A stretch of 64,000 nt of DNA from Epiperipatus broadwayi (lineage: Eukaryota > Animalia > Onychophora). The notes below the pieces were generated by a model. That model worked only from the letters and a program-made list of their open reading frames with translations. It had not been told where the DNA came from and searched no databases. Of the stretch, positions 40,661 to 52,645 are shown one piece after another. Both the position numbers and the translations under genes were made by a program. The first letter of the stretch is position 1. Each line of letters starts with the position of its first letter. The stretch lies in contig JAQFVV010000009.1 in the NCBI GenBank assembly GCA_028023455.1, positions 6,386,001-6,450,000 on the forward strand, written 5' to 3'.

Positions 40661-40749
40661 ACTATTCCTACACAAAAAAATATTTCAGTGGAGAACGGAG
40701 CCAATGGTTGCAAAGATAAGTTTAAATACAGCATCTAATCTATTTCACT

Positions 40750-41310
40750 AATAATTATGTATAATGTGATTACTTTAATCTCTTCTCTGAACATAATTTG
40801 ATATCATTAAATTAGAAGAAGTTAACTATATAAATATCTTGGTCAGATTATTAATACTAATGGAAACATAATGGTTGAAATTAATCACAGAACAAAAAAT
40901 AAATATAAATATATTTTATCAATGTCTACTTATGAGGATGAAACTTGGACCTTAATAGAAGAGCAATAGAGACTTCAGACCACATTGTCGAATATGAAGA
41001 TATATATTTTGGAAATAAAAAAGATGAATTGACAGTGAATATATTGATAAAAAAATAAAATACGGTGGCATCATTGAAAAAATTAAGAGACTGAAATAAA
41101 TTATGCTGGATATGTCACTAAAAAAGATGGTAATAGTTGGACAACTGAAGTCTTAAATGGGATCCCAAGAGAGTGCGAAAGACATAAAATAGACACCTGT
41201 GAGATGGATGAATGAGGTAAGCAATTTTATAAATTGTTGGAAAAGAGAAGATGTAGATATGGGTAATTGGATTAAACTTAAAACAATGGTAATAATATTT
41301 ATATAATAGT
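40750..41310 (+). mobile_element. 3' fragment of an RTE-clade LINE
   Basis: LEEVNY.KYLGQII....EINHR, TYEDETWTL, YAGYVTKKDGNSWTTEVLNGIPR and RWMNEV motifs, frameshifted. Confidence 0.7.
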
Positions 41311-41484
41311 TTCAAGGTCATTTTATATATAGATTCATTTATTTTCTTTTTAATAAGGTAGAGCGGTAATAAATATTGTATGATGGTTCTGCAATAAACT
41401 GCTTATAAATATATAGAAATTATAATATCTAAATACAGTCAGAAAGTAAATTGAAAAAAAAAAAATTAAGTTTGAAGATAATAC

Positions 41485-41567
41485 CATTAGTTTTGCAGAT
41501 TCTGTGAATAAATAGATGATACCTTCTACACAATTACGAATAGATGTAACTGGGACATCAAGTTTTT
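41485..41567 (-). CDS. COMMD2: COMMD2 internal exon (83 nt, phase 1/0)
   Basis: ttttcag|AA-KLDVPVTSIRNCVEGIIYLFTESAKLM|gtatt; matches COMMD2 KLNV...VEGL.YL.TES.KLM and splices in frame to the 38031 exon. Confidence 0.92.
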
Positions 41568-43369
41568 CTGAAAAACAGATAAATTAAAAATTCTATTGAG
41601 CTATATTAACATTTTAAAAATATTCTCTATATATGAAGCAAAATAAAAATTACAAGTACAGTTCAGCAATATTATAATTTTCTATATTTACATACATTTT
41701 AAATAGCAGTGACTTCTTATCTCTAGAACTAATTCTATATTAATACTCAATAATCAATGCTCATCATATATCAATGCAAAAGTGAATTGCTCTTACTTTA
41801 GGGACCATTGTTTTACATAAAATGCATTCAGTGGCCATATATTATATTAATCAAAAACCAAGGGCTTAAAAATTTTAAATACCATAATGTTTAAGTACCA
41901 TTCAAAGAATATCAAAATTTCACTGTACAACTACTTAGACTTCAAAACAAAAAAATTGCTAGGCAAATAAAAAATATTTTAGTTTTTTGGTGTAATTATC
42001 ATAATAAAAATTGAATATTTAATTTATTTAAAAACAAAATATCTATTATTATTACTAGCATTTCCAAAATTATGTTTTTATCTATGACAAGAAACTGACA
42101 AATGCAGTAATCAATATAATGGAGATATAGTTAAATTTAATCCATTAAATTAAATAAATCATTTATTTAAAATGAAGTTGTATATCACTCTGATTTTTAT
42201 AATATATCTATTCAGTGGACAAAAATTTCTGGATCATATTACAAAAAAAGTTTACAGTGTTTATAACATTACTTCTTCAAATGTTAATTCTTTTACATCA
42301 TGCAATTACTGAATCTTCTATTTACTAAAGATCATGTAGTTTTATTATTATTCATTTATTTATAGTATTATAAAGTGATTATGCCAATAGTTAACAAAAA
42401 TAATCCACATATACCACTACACTCCCAGCTCCTTCAAAAAGATATAGTTTGAAGTTACAAATGAAATGCAAGTTAGCATTATCTATTTAATAAAACAATC
42501 CTTTTTTTAAAACACTGTTTTATCATTATTTTAAAAAAATTAAAAAAATACTCTGCTTTTTATACTTAAACTATTAACAGTTTCAACTGATCCACAATTT
42601 TCATCAGGATTTTACTACATTCGTTTGAATAAAAAAAATTTAGAAAAGCTCTGATGACGACTAGTCAAAACAGTTAGGTGAAATAAATTTTTTTTATAAA
42701 AAAGCATTGTATTCAAGTACACAAGAATAGATCTTTAAAGTTTTTCTTAATATGCTACTTGTACATAAATAAGTGAAATATAAAATGACATAATATTGCA
42801 ATTATTATATATAAGCCTAATTCTAATAGAAAATAATATTAAAATTTATAAAATGAAGCTGCCAGCATATTACATTATAATTTTTGCAAATACAAAATGT
42901 GAATACTTTGGATGAATGATATATATAAGGATAATTCTATCAAAACATATTAAAATTCTCTGATAATATAGGTATTATATTATTAGAGCTGAATATAAAA
43001 TACTTTACTGATAAAAGCCATTCTATTTGAATGATATAGTATATTTATAATAATTATTTAAGAGTAGTATTATCAAATGTGAAATAATATTGTGTGCATT
43101 TGCAAAAATATAAAATTTCACAATATTTAAACTAGTAAATTTGTTCTGAATATCTAAAGATTCATGTTGATGAAATTTTTAAAAGACCAACAATCAATAA
43201 TTCTTTAAGATGGTAAAAAAATGTTACCTCAGAATTTTTATAAAATCACATCTTGATTAGCTTTTAAAAAGATGCCTTAGTTTTGGTAGATAACACTGAA
43301 GATAGTTAACAGTTGATTACATTATGCTGAACAACAATTTTACTTCATGACTGAAAAGTATTCATGGTG

Positions 43370-43660
43370 AGTGATAAGTGTACTAGTTTGCTATGATCAT
43401 AATCTGTCTTACATTATGGTACAGCAGAAAATGCATAAGCCTATCATGATCATAACTTTATTTACATCATAGAATATTAGTAAATATATTAGCTTGTTAT
43501 AATGGCATAGTGACAAGTGCACTAGCTTGCCATGATGATGACTTGATTGGGTAGTCTAAGTACATTATTCTGCCATGATCATGATATGACTTACATCATT
43601 GTGTAATACTAGGAGTATTAGTATTTCATGATCATGACATACATCATGATCATGACCTGA
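43370..43660. repeat. Degenerate minisatellite rich in (C)ATGATCAT(G)
   Basis: Repeated gtga.aagtg.actag.ttgc.atgat.at.a and atgatcat.a....ttacatcat modules. Confidence 0.55.
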
Positions 43661-44732
43661 GATTTAAATCTTTTAATACTTGAATATGTTTTTAGGCATC
43701 TGAAGATTTTTTAAACAAGCTTATATTTTTTCATATGATCAAGCTACATTGGACATTTCAGATAAAGTTGAGATTGCTTATATAAAAAAGTATAACTGTA
43801 ATACGATGAAATCTTCCTAACTGGTGAAGGAGACATGATACATATTTTGCCACTTAGTTCCTGGTTTTTCTATCCACGATCAAATTATTATTCAATCATA
43901 CAATCTCATTAGCAGTTATGAAATTAATACATCATATCAAGTAAACAGAAAAAAATTATCTGACAGATAAAAAATAAAAAAAAGATCTGATTAATAATAA
44001 AGAGAGACTAGAATGAAATAGTGAATAAAAAAAAAAGTACAAAAATTTTTGATATAATTTTTTCTTCTATTACATTTATGAGAGGGTAAAATGTTTATGA
44101 TGGAATTTTTGGTATAACATGATGAGAGAAAAAGTCAAATATTATTCCAGTACTATGTTGGTAGACTATTTAAATTTTTTCTTACATTTTCCTCAATTGA
44201 GATTCGGCCCAGAAAGTATTAATTTTGCTCTTACTATTGAGCTGGAGAATTTACAGAAATTTAATAAAAGAAAAATAAGGTAAAAAAAAATATTTAAAAC
44301 AAAAAAGATGCAAAGAGAATATGAAAACTAAAGAAGACACATTTTGCTATGCATATAAAAATCAAAATCGATATAATTCTAAATGTGCCAATTACCATGA
44401 TCACAATTGCTGACTTCTACTAACATCAACATATGCAATTCATGGATGTCCTTTTGCAATTTAAAGCTTAGTAGAAAATAAATACTAATGAAAAGTGATT
44501 TATCAATATGAGCTACATTCTTGTCATCACCCAATACTCTAATGGAGGAATTAATCTATAGTAACTATTGATTCATCTTAAATAAATTCTTAATTAAAGA
44601 AGTTTATCATGCAACTGAAGTCAAAAACAATATCACAAAAAAGAATACAACATTCCAGTCTCAGAATATTGAGAAAAATGGAACTAAAAATATAGTTTTA
44701 GTAGACATATATAATTTTAGGATAATATATAT

Positions 44733-47700
44733 TGTAACCATATATTTTGGCTCTATCACAGTAAGCTTTATTCCGTGATCCAGTATGGAAAATTTTAATT
44801 AGTAATAATTTATTAATATATTGAACATCAGTGTGTAAAAATCAGTTATAGATTGAAATGCTTATTGGATTATAATTTTCCAATTAAGCAAAAGCTCACT
44901 AAGAAATATTCTGAAAGTGAATATGACTTGGACTGTTAAAGACACTGGAAAATCTGATAGAGTGGATATTTATCTCATAAACATTTTATCGCAAGTTCCA
45001 GTGATAGCTATTTCAAATATTTTAATAGTATTAAACCAATTTGGAAGTATGAAAATATTTAACACTTTATTATTATTATTAAACAGTAATTAAAAGAAAA
45101 GAAAACAATTTATAATTCTTCTAAATTTTGTGAACAATCTTCCAATATATTGTATTTTAATTTAAATTGAAATGTAACAGTCTAATTTCTTTTCACTAGA
45201 GGGAGAGATATTAATTTATTCACATTTTATAGTCATTGGCTCATTTAGTACCATCATGCATTGTAATACAAGGTATAAATAATATAGCAAGTTTGTAGGG
45301 GGGAGGGGGACTATTAAGAGAAGAAAATCGGAATAAGAAGACTTCAATTCTACACTTATAAAAAAAAAAAGTAAAAAGAAAAGCTGAAAAGTAATAACTT
45401 TGGGAATTAATTTGAACAAAATTTCAGGATTATGTGGAATTAAAAGGATGGAGAACTTTATAACCTTGTATTGTTTCAACACTGTTTTTCATCGATCTTA
45501 TGATTCCTAATGTGTCTACTGGAGAAGCTAGAATGACCACCATCTGGATCATTATTTGTCTCAACAAATACTATTTCAAACGAAGAACAATTCCAGAAAA
45601 TGTACGCAATTACTTTTGTTTTATTTATATCAGTCAATTGTCAGATTTAAAAATAACACAGAAATTATTTAGGTTTAAAAGACAAAGATTAAAGTGTTTT
45701 AGTTTTCGCACTCTTATTATAAAGCAGAAAAAGACGTTTGCTTATAAATTATCATCTCAATAAAAATAATTCGAAATAATTTTGAAGAAAAGTTTCAGGA
45801 CATATAGTAAACAAACCTAAAAGTCATTTTAAATCGTATAAAGTTTAATAAAATTAAAGGAAGAATGCGTGAATATATTCCTTATTCTCATTGAAGAAGA
45901 AAACTCATCTGCAATGGTGTTTCAGTGCGAGTTTGCCTAGTTATTGAAAATAGAAAAATGACAGATTATTAATGCCAAGTATATTGTATTGATAATTGCT
46001 CACCATTGAATAAATTCTTCTTAATATTATTAAACACATTAATTTGCTGATAGAAAGGAATAAATCAATATTTACTTTTTAGTCTTATTGTGCAACTTGC
46101 AAATTAATAATATTTTAAAATTGTCTAAATCATTTAAAATTATGACAAATATATTCGCAGAGGGAAAAACAAAATAACGAATCAATAAATGATTTTTAAA
46201 AGTTAAGCTTGTTAATTGTAAGGAATCTACAAATTCATTTTAAGGAAAATTATCTATAGAAAGTATAGATAAACCTAATTTTTTTAATTGCACTGAACAT
46301 GGAAGCGTTTAAATATTATCTCACTATGCTGACATCGATAAATAAATCAATAAATGGTTATCTCACTATGCTGACATCAATAAATAAATCAATAAATGGT
46401 TTATAAAGAAAATTTGTTTTAAAGATCATAATAGACCTACAAATTCAGTTAAGGAAAATTATCTTTAAAAAAAAATATGGATAAACTTATTTTAATCGTC
46501 TTACATTCGGAAAAGCTTTTGAATATTTTAACTATGTTGGCATCAAACATAATAATCAAAATATATATATGCATTACTTAGGAATGTTTGCTCAGGATTT
46601 GTTTTCTTGTCATTTTGCTCAGAAGGATGGAATAAACTTTGACTAATAGGATAAAATCAAATGAGAGAAATGTTCGTTTATTTATTTTTTTATTGGTATG
46701 TTTAGTATTATAATAAGTTTTTTTTTTTTTTTGTCATGTATTATTCAAGGATTTATATATATATATATTTATTGTGGTATAAAATAGATTTAGTAAGGAG
46801 GAAGAAATGTATAAAGATATATACATTTATTACACATATTTTTGTTATTTTTCCAGTCAAGGGAAAACAATATTAAATATCATTTATTTAGACAGAAAGA
46901 GAGAGCTATTTATCTCTCGTATTTTTTAAACAGATTTTAGTGTATTATTTAAAGGGTGAACAGACAGATTAAATTTGTCCCAGTTATACACATGATGACC
47001 CCATTGTTTTATTATATGAAATAATTAATATAAGCATTTTCCATTTCTTAATTTTGCCTATGAATGAACATGTTCACTTTAAATATAAAATGTAGGTTGA
47101 TCTTCATTGTTTACGTGTGTATGGCTTGCTATAACAAAAGTATAATTATTATTTTAAAATAATTAATGGTCATTTGAGTTTTATATTAGTGGTTTGTTTA
47201 TTAATATATTAATAGTTTCTGCATTGTGAAATAAAATATTTATGTTTTGACTTTTATTATTAGGATTATTTTATCTTGCTATTGAATTAATACGGATTTG
47301 TGACAGCTTTCAGCTGATAAGTATATGCCACATACTATGGCATCAAATAAAATAATATTAATATTGTGCATGGGCTGATGGAGGATTCCCCATTGCTGAT
47401 TAAATAAGAGGATGATATTGTCAAGGCTCATTCATAGTTAGTTCTTAGTTAGCATAGTTAATCCCAAGAGAGGATGATACCCATGGTCTGAATTCTATTT
47501 ACCTGTGATGAGGTAATGCCCACACTTATATACCTATGGAAAGGTATCAGAATTGGCCATATTATTGTACAACTATTATGTTGTTTTGTAGAGCCTTGTT
47601 TTATTGTTTGGTCCCTCATGAGATTATATAGTTAGTTTTCCACTGTGTATGGTGAAGTTTAGTATTTCCAAATCAAACGGCAAGGATGAGATAAAGCTAG

Positions 47701-50700
47701 ATTAAGGGACACTGGTCTATCTATAGTGTTTGCCTAATTTGAATAGTGTCTTTATAATGTTGTAGGATCTTCATCAGTTTATAAACAAACAAACCCAAAA
47801 CTTACTAGTGATTGTAGAACTTCTAATGAAAGAGTAAGAGATACACATGGGCAATGTGGATTTATCTTCATCAAGCAGTGACTCTGATGAATTGGTAAGA
47901 TAAGTTAACTATTAAATGATTAAGTTGTGGACATAGGCAATGTTGTGGGTGTCATGTGTGCATTTGTCTATCTTCACATCAATACAATGAATTTTTTTAT
48001 AGTAAATGATAAATTATTAATTGTGCTGCATATGATAATTTCCCTTATTATATTCGGACAAATAAAATAGCTACAGTTTAATACACTAAATTATAACATA
48101 GAGTTTTAGATTTAAAAAGTTAAGTATATCCCAAAGACCTAAATATATTTTGTTTTATAATTTAAATGCTAAGTTAGCTTAAAGAAAGTTTAACTATCTT
48201 ATTCTATAGGATAGAATAATAATAGAAATGTAGCCCATAATGATAGCGATACTATGAATATCACTGTATTGATTTATTTGATATCATATATGTATAGTCA
48301 ATGGGATACCAATTATTGTCAATCCCTAATTTTATTTAATGAATTTGACTTATTTCATGCAAGGTCTCTGAAATAAAGTTGTAAATAATGTAAATAAATT
48401 TTGTTGTGTTAAAAATTTATTTAGTTGTCAGTAGTCTTATTGCTAATCAATCCACACACATATTATTATTGTTATTGCTATCGACATATCATCTGATTAT
48501 ATGGATATCATCATCGATCAACATTGTATAAGTCACTATATTATAACGGTCGGGGATGATGATGAAGTATCCAGTCTTACCGTATCTGCCGACAGAGCGC
48601 CACTAGGCTACTTAGAAAATTTATAAAGTAGACAGATACGTGCTGGTAAGATCATGACCGCAGCCCTAGCCACTAGCTCATGGAGTAGCAGAGTTTTAAA
48701 ACATTTATCAATTATATTTCTTTTAATAAATAATAATAAAAAACAATCACTGTCAGTATTAATAACACAAAAAAGATTTTATTTACGTATATAATTAATA
48801 ACGCACAAACTTTAAAATTATTATATAAGAAAAAATTATATTTTATGTTTCATTATTATTTACTATTATTTTTATTTGTTTTTGACTTTTATTTTTAATC
48901 TTAGAAATGTTGAGTATAAATGAGCTACCTAGAAGCACTCACAAATTTTCAAATCACTTGACTTCAGACTAAAAATCCGCAGCCACACCAATACTCGCTT
49001 CCAGATATATATCAGCAACCAATACAATGTGAACATGTTAGCATAGAATCACGTCGACAGGAATGTGCGTCTGAACAGCGTGATATTATTGGAGAAAACA
49101 TGGCCTTCGTCCTGCAGGAAGGTGTATCTGTCGGGCGAAGGAAACATGCATATGAAATAATAAAAAGAAACGATACGTATGGATGGGAGAGCGGTCTTAT
49201 CTTGCCGACTTATCTTCTCAATCCATAGAACTGGAATGGGTCAAGGGCGCAGGAAATACGTCTGCGTCCGTTTCAACAGTATGACTACCTCTTTGGGGTC
49301 ATGCATTCAGTTGGACTCATCGCCCTAGGTGCTAAAACACTTCACATTACATTGATATAAATGTCCATATATCTCTCCACCAGCATTGACACAACTATGA
49401 AACAAATAGTCCGAAATCAAAACCCTCTTTAAAAATAACATATTTAAACTAGTCTAGCAGCCATCTACACTCAACTAACATTTAAATCATTTTATTAATT
49501 TAATTCAAAACAAAAAATCTTTAGTTTAATTAAGGTTTTAAAATCATTTTAAGATAACATTTATATTTTAATTTATTTTTTTTTACTACAAATTTATATA
49601 ACCTACTTTTCTTTTTAAATTTAATAATGCACAAATAACGATATACGTTTCTATTTTTAAATTTAAGTTTGCAATCGCAAACCCCTACCCTATTACAAAC
49701 ATATTAATTAAACATGAATAAACAAAGATAAAATACAATACATTTTTTTAAAAGATTACATTGAAAACTTTAGCCAAGAGTTTAAAATCGCAAAGTTTAT
49801 AGAAAGATAAGAGTTCAGGTTTGCTCAGAAAGAAAGTCTATAGTTCATTTTAAAGACACATAAAGTTTGAAGATTTTAAACTTAAGAGAGTTTATGTTTC
49901 ATTTATAAATTTATACTTTTCTTTGTTCGTGCTCGTTCCTTCGCGAGGAAGATCCAAATTTATACAAGATCCATTTCTTGTGGGCGATGACGATTTATGA
50001 AGACGCATTTATGATGTTTTCTGAAGATGGTACCAGTGGTTTAACCCTGGGATCCGTGGAGATGAAAGCTGCCTTCGGCCGGCCGCGCCGAAGGAAGCAC
50101 CATGAAGCTAATTACATTTTTTTTTTTGTGACAGCGATAACTTTTAAAATTATTTTTATGGATGAAGTCAAAACTTTAATTTTCTGATTCTCTCTGTAAC
50201 TAATTAATTATATTTTTGGATTTTCCTTTTATAGTCCTCAGGCACCTTATCTCTGGAATGCAGGATTCTTCATACATATTCCATATCTCTATTTTATTGG
50301 TTAATTCAGTTTGTGGCCAAGTAGATTTTGGGTTTTCCACTGAGGTCTGTGTCTCTATCTCTGGGCGGGAACTCTGATCTATTTCGTAATCATTTTTTTT
50401 ATTGTCATTTTGCCTTAAGGATTTGTTTGTAATTTTTATATTTGAAAATTAAAAAAATCTTCGCTATTATTAAAAAGGTTTTTATTTTATACTTTATTTA
50501 AAGATTTAGAATCTTTGTTTCGATTCTATACTTTTTTTTTTAAAGCTTATTTTAATATTTAAATCAAACATTAATAAATTAATAATTCGTTATTTGTGCA
50601 TTTTGAACATTTGTGTTTTTAATTCAGTATTAGATATTTGCAAAACATTACGTATTAGAATTTAAATGTAACGCATATATATATCCCGTTACAATATGTT

Positions 50701-52052
50701 GGTATATCATAATGATTTTGTTAAGTCCTGCGGTTTATGAGGACACCTAGGCATCATTACTTAATAATCAAATATTATTAACCTAGAGTGCTTATTATTT
50801 TAAGTGGTATACTAAAAGATAAACCCTTAATATTAGTTTAATCAGTTTATTTGAACCCGCAGATCTATCATTCACTGATCTTGATCACATTGTTTATAAT
50901 TAATTGAGAAAAGAAGTTGGTAAGTTATTGTGTTTAGCTATTGAAAAGTTATTCATATTTCTTGAAGCTCCAAGTATATAATAGTTATGGAGTTTATAAG
51001 GTTTCTTTGAAATTAATAAATATTGTTTGGTAATTCGATTTGGTATTAAGAGCTGTTTTATGCGTTATATTTGGGTAGTGGCAAAATCCCTCTCACTGAC
51101 CCAAGTATATCTTGTATAACAACCTTTAAGTTATGTGAACCCTGAGAAAAATAAGTTATATTAATCTGCAATATAGGATTTGAATTTATGGTAAATTTTA
51201 TATCTAGTTATTTATTGCAGTTGGATTTGAGTTGTGTTATACTCACTGTTTTATAAAAGTCAACCAAACTCTAAAGTATAAATTGCTTCTTTCGTCTTAA
51301 AGGTATAGCTTGTTTTGACTTTATAATAAATATTCTGGTTTTGGTAAGTTTGGAATCCCTATTTTATTTAGTTATCTTATGATCATTTAATTCAATATCA
51401 ATTTAGAGTTCTGGACATCATCTTTCATCATCATCATTCTTCTCATCTGTCATTTCAATCTTTCTTTATTCTTCTTTCATCCTAATTCATTATTCTAATT
51501 AACTCACCATTCACTAGCTCTTATTCCATTATCATCTTAATCATCCATTAACTCTTATTCTACCATCATCTTAATGATTCATCATTCTGATACATCTTCA
51601 TTCTTTTCTCTTCATTCTCAGACTCCTTTCATTTTATTATTTAATTATTACTTATTTTCATCATCCATTTAGTCATTTACATCCTAATTTACTTATTGCT
51701 TAATTTATAATTTTAATTTCGTATGCATTCCATCGATCTAATTATTATTTATTTATTCGTTTGATGAATATTAAATTTATTTTGTTTGTTTGTGGATTTT
51801 AAAGTTAGTTTGAACAGAAGTTATTATCTTCATTAACCACCTTGTGATCTTCTTTAGGTCCATAGTTTCATGCGAGCTTAATCAATAAAGAAATCCTCTC
51901 TTTAGTTTAACATTTATTTTAGGCGTATATTCTAGATTGATTAGATTAGTTGTAGCTAAGAAGGTTACAGAGGAGGTGTACGCTGACTAGCTAGATTAAG
52001 AAGGTTACAGAGGAGGTGTACGCTGACAAGCTAGATTAGTAAGAAGGTTACA
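44733..52052 (+). repeat. 5' LTR of element 2 (5164 bp excluding the nested insert)
   Basis: 44890 onward is colinear with 57855-62841, about 95% identical by eye in the first 117 bp. Ends aagaaggttaca. Confidence 0.9.
48542..50693 (-). mobile_element. Solo LTR (2152 bp) nested in the 5' LTR of element 2
   Basis: Absent from the 3' LTR (empty site tcactatatgttgg). TSD ATAT at 48538-48541 and 50694-50697. Termini tataacgg.../...cccgttaca. Orientation inferred from similarity of the left end (reverse complement) to the U5 of element 1. Confidence 0.85.
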
Positions 52053-52062
52053 GGGGAGGATA

Positions 52063-52079
52063 TGGCGCCCAGAAACATG
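52063..52079 (+). promoter_or_regulatory. Primer-binding site, tRNA-Lys-like (TGGCGCCCAGAAACATG)
   Basis: Lies 10 nt after the LTR end. TGGCGCCC is the canonical start of tRNA-Lys PBSs; the rest is diverged. Confidence 0.65.
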
Positions 52080-52645
52080 TCAGCCTGAGTATTAAAGTAT
52101 TGATTATTGCTTGAGATGTTGTAGTCATTCTAAAAGAATTATTGTTAAGATAGAAGCAGTGTGACCAAGTTGGGAATGATGTTTCTCAATTTAACAAATG
52201 ATATTAACTTAAGATTATGTCGATGATCTTGACTTAAATAAGTTTTAGAAATGATCATAAATAAATTACATGGTATACTTTGTATAATACTATTATATAA
52301 TAAAATATCCTCAATAGCAATAGGGGGGGGGGTTGTTTAATAAAAGTTTGGGGGTGGGGGGGGTGGGTTTTTTTTTTTGGGGGGGGTTTTGTTAAATGGT
52401 GGTATTATTGGCATAAGATTGCAACATGTTTAGAGTTTTACATTGATGTAGGCATAGGAACTTAAAATAGTGAGATAGAGTATATATTGTCTAGCATATG
52501 GTCAAGTGTTTTTTCTTCTTCTTGTGTAAACTTATGTGGAATTGTGGGTCGATGGAGAAAAGAGTAGTGTTGAGATGTATACAGGGTTAATTCAAATTAA
52601 GTAGTATAATCATAAATATAATAATTATAAGAAAATATTTACAAA

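Noticed and set aside
42645-42690. Hammerhead-like CTGATGA-CGACTAGTC-AAAA
   Set aside because: GAAA is mutated and no stem I or stem III partner is found.
44186-44241. Minus-strand segment with good splice signals as a candidate COMMD2 exon
   Set aside because: It is 56 nt, the open frame (LNSKSKINTFWAESQLRK) does not resemble COMMD2, and the phase does not fit.
51958-52052. Spaced ~40 bp repeats resembling a CRISPR array
   Set aside because: Eukaryotic context, no unique spacers and no cas genes; explained as LTR-end duplications.
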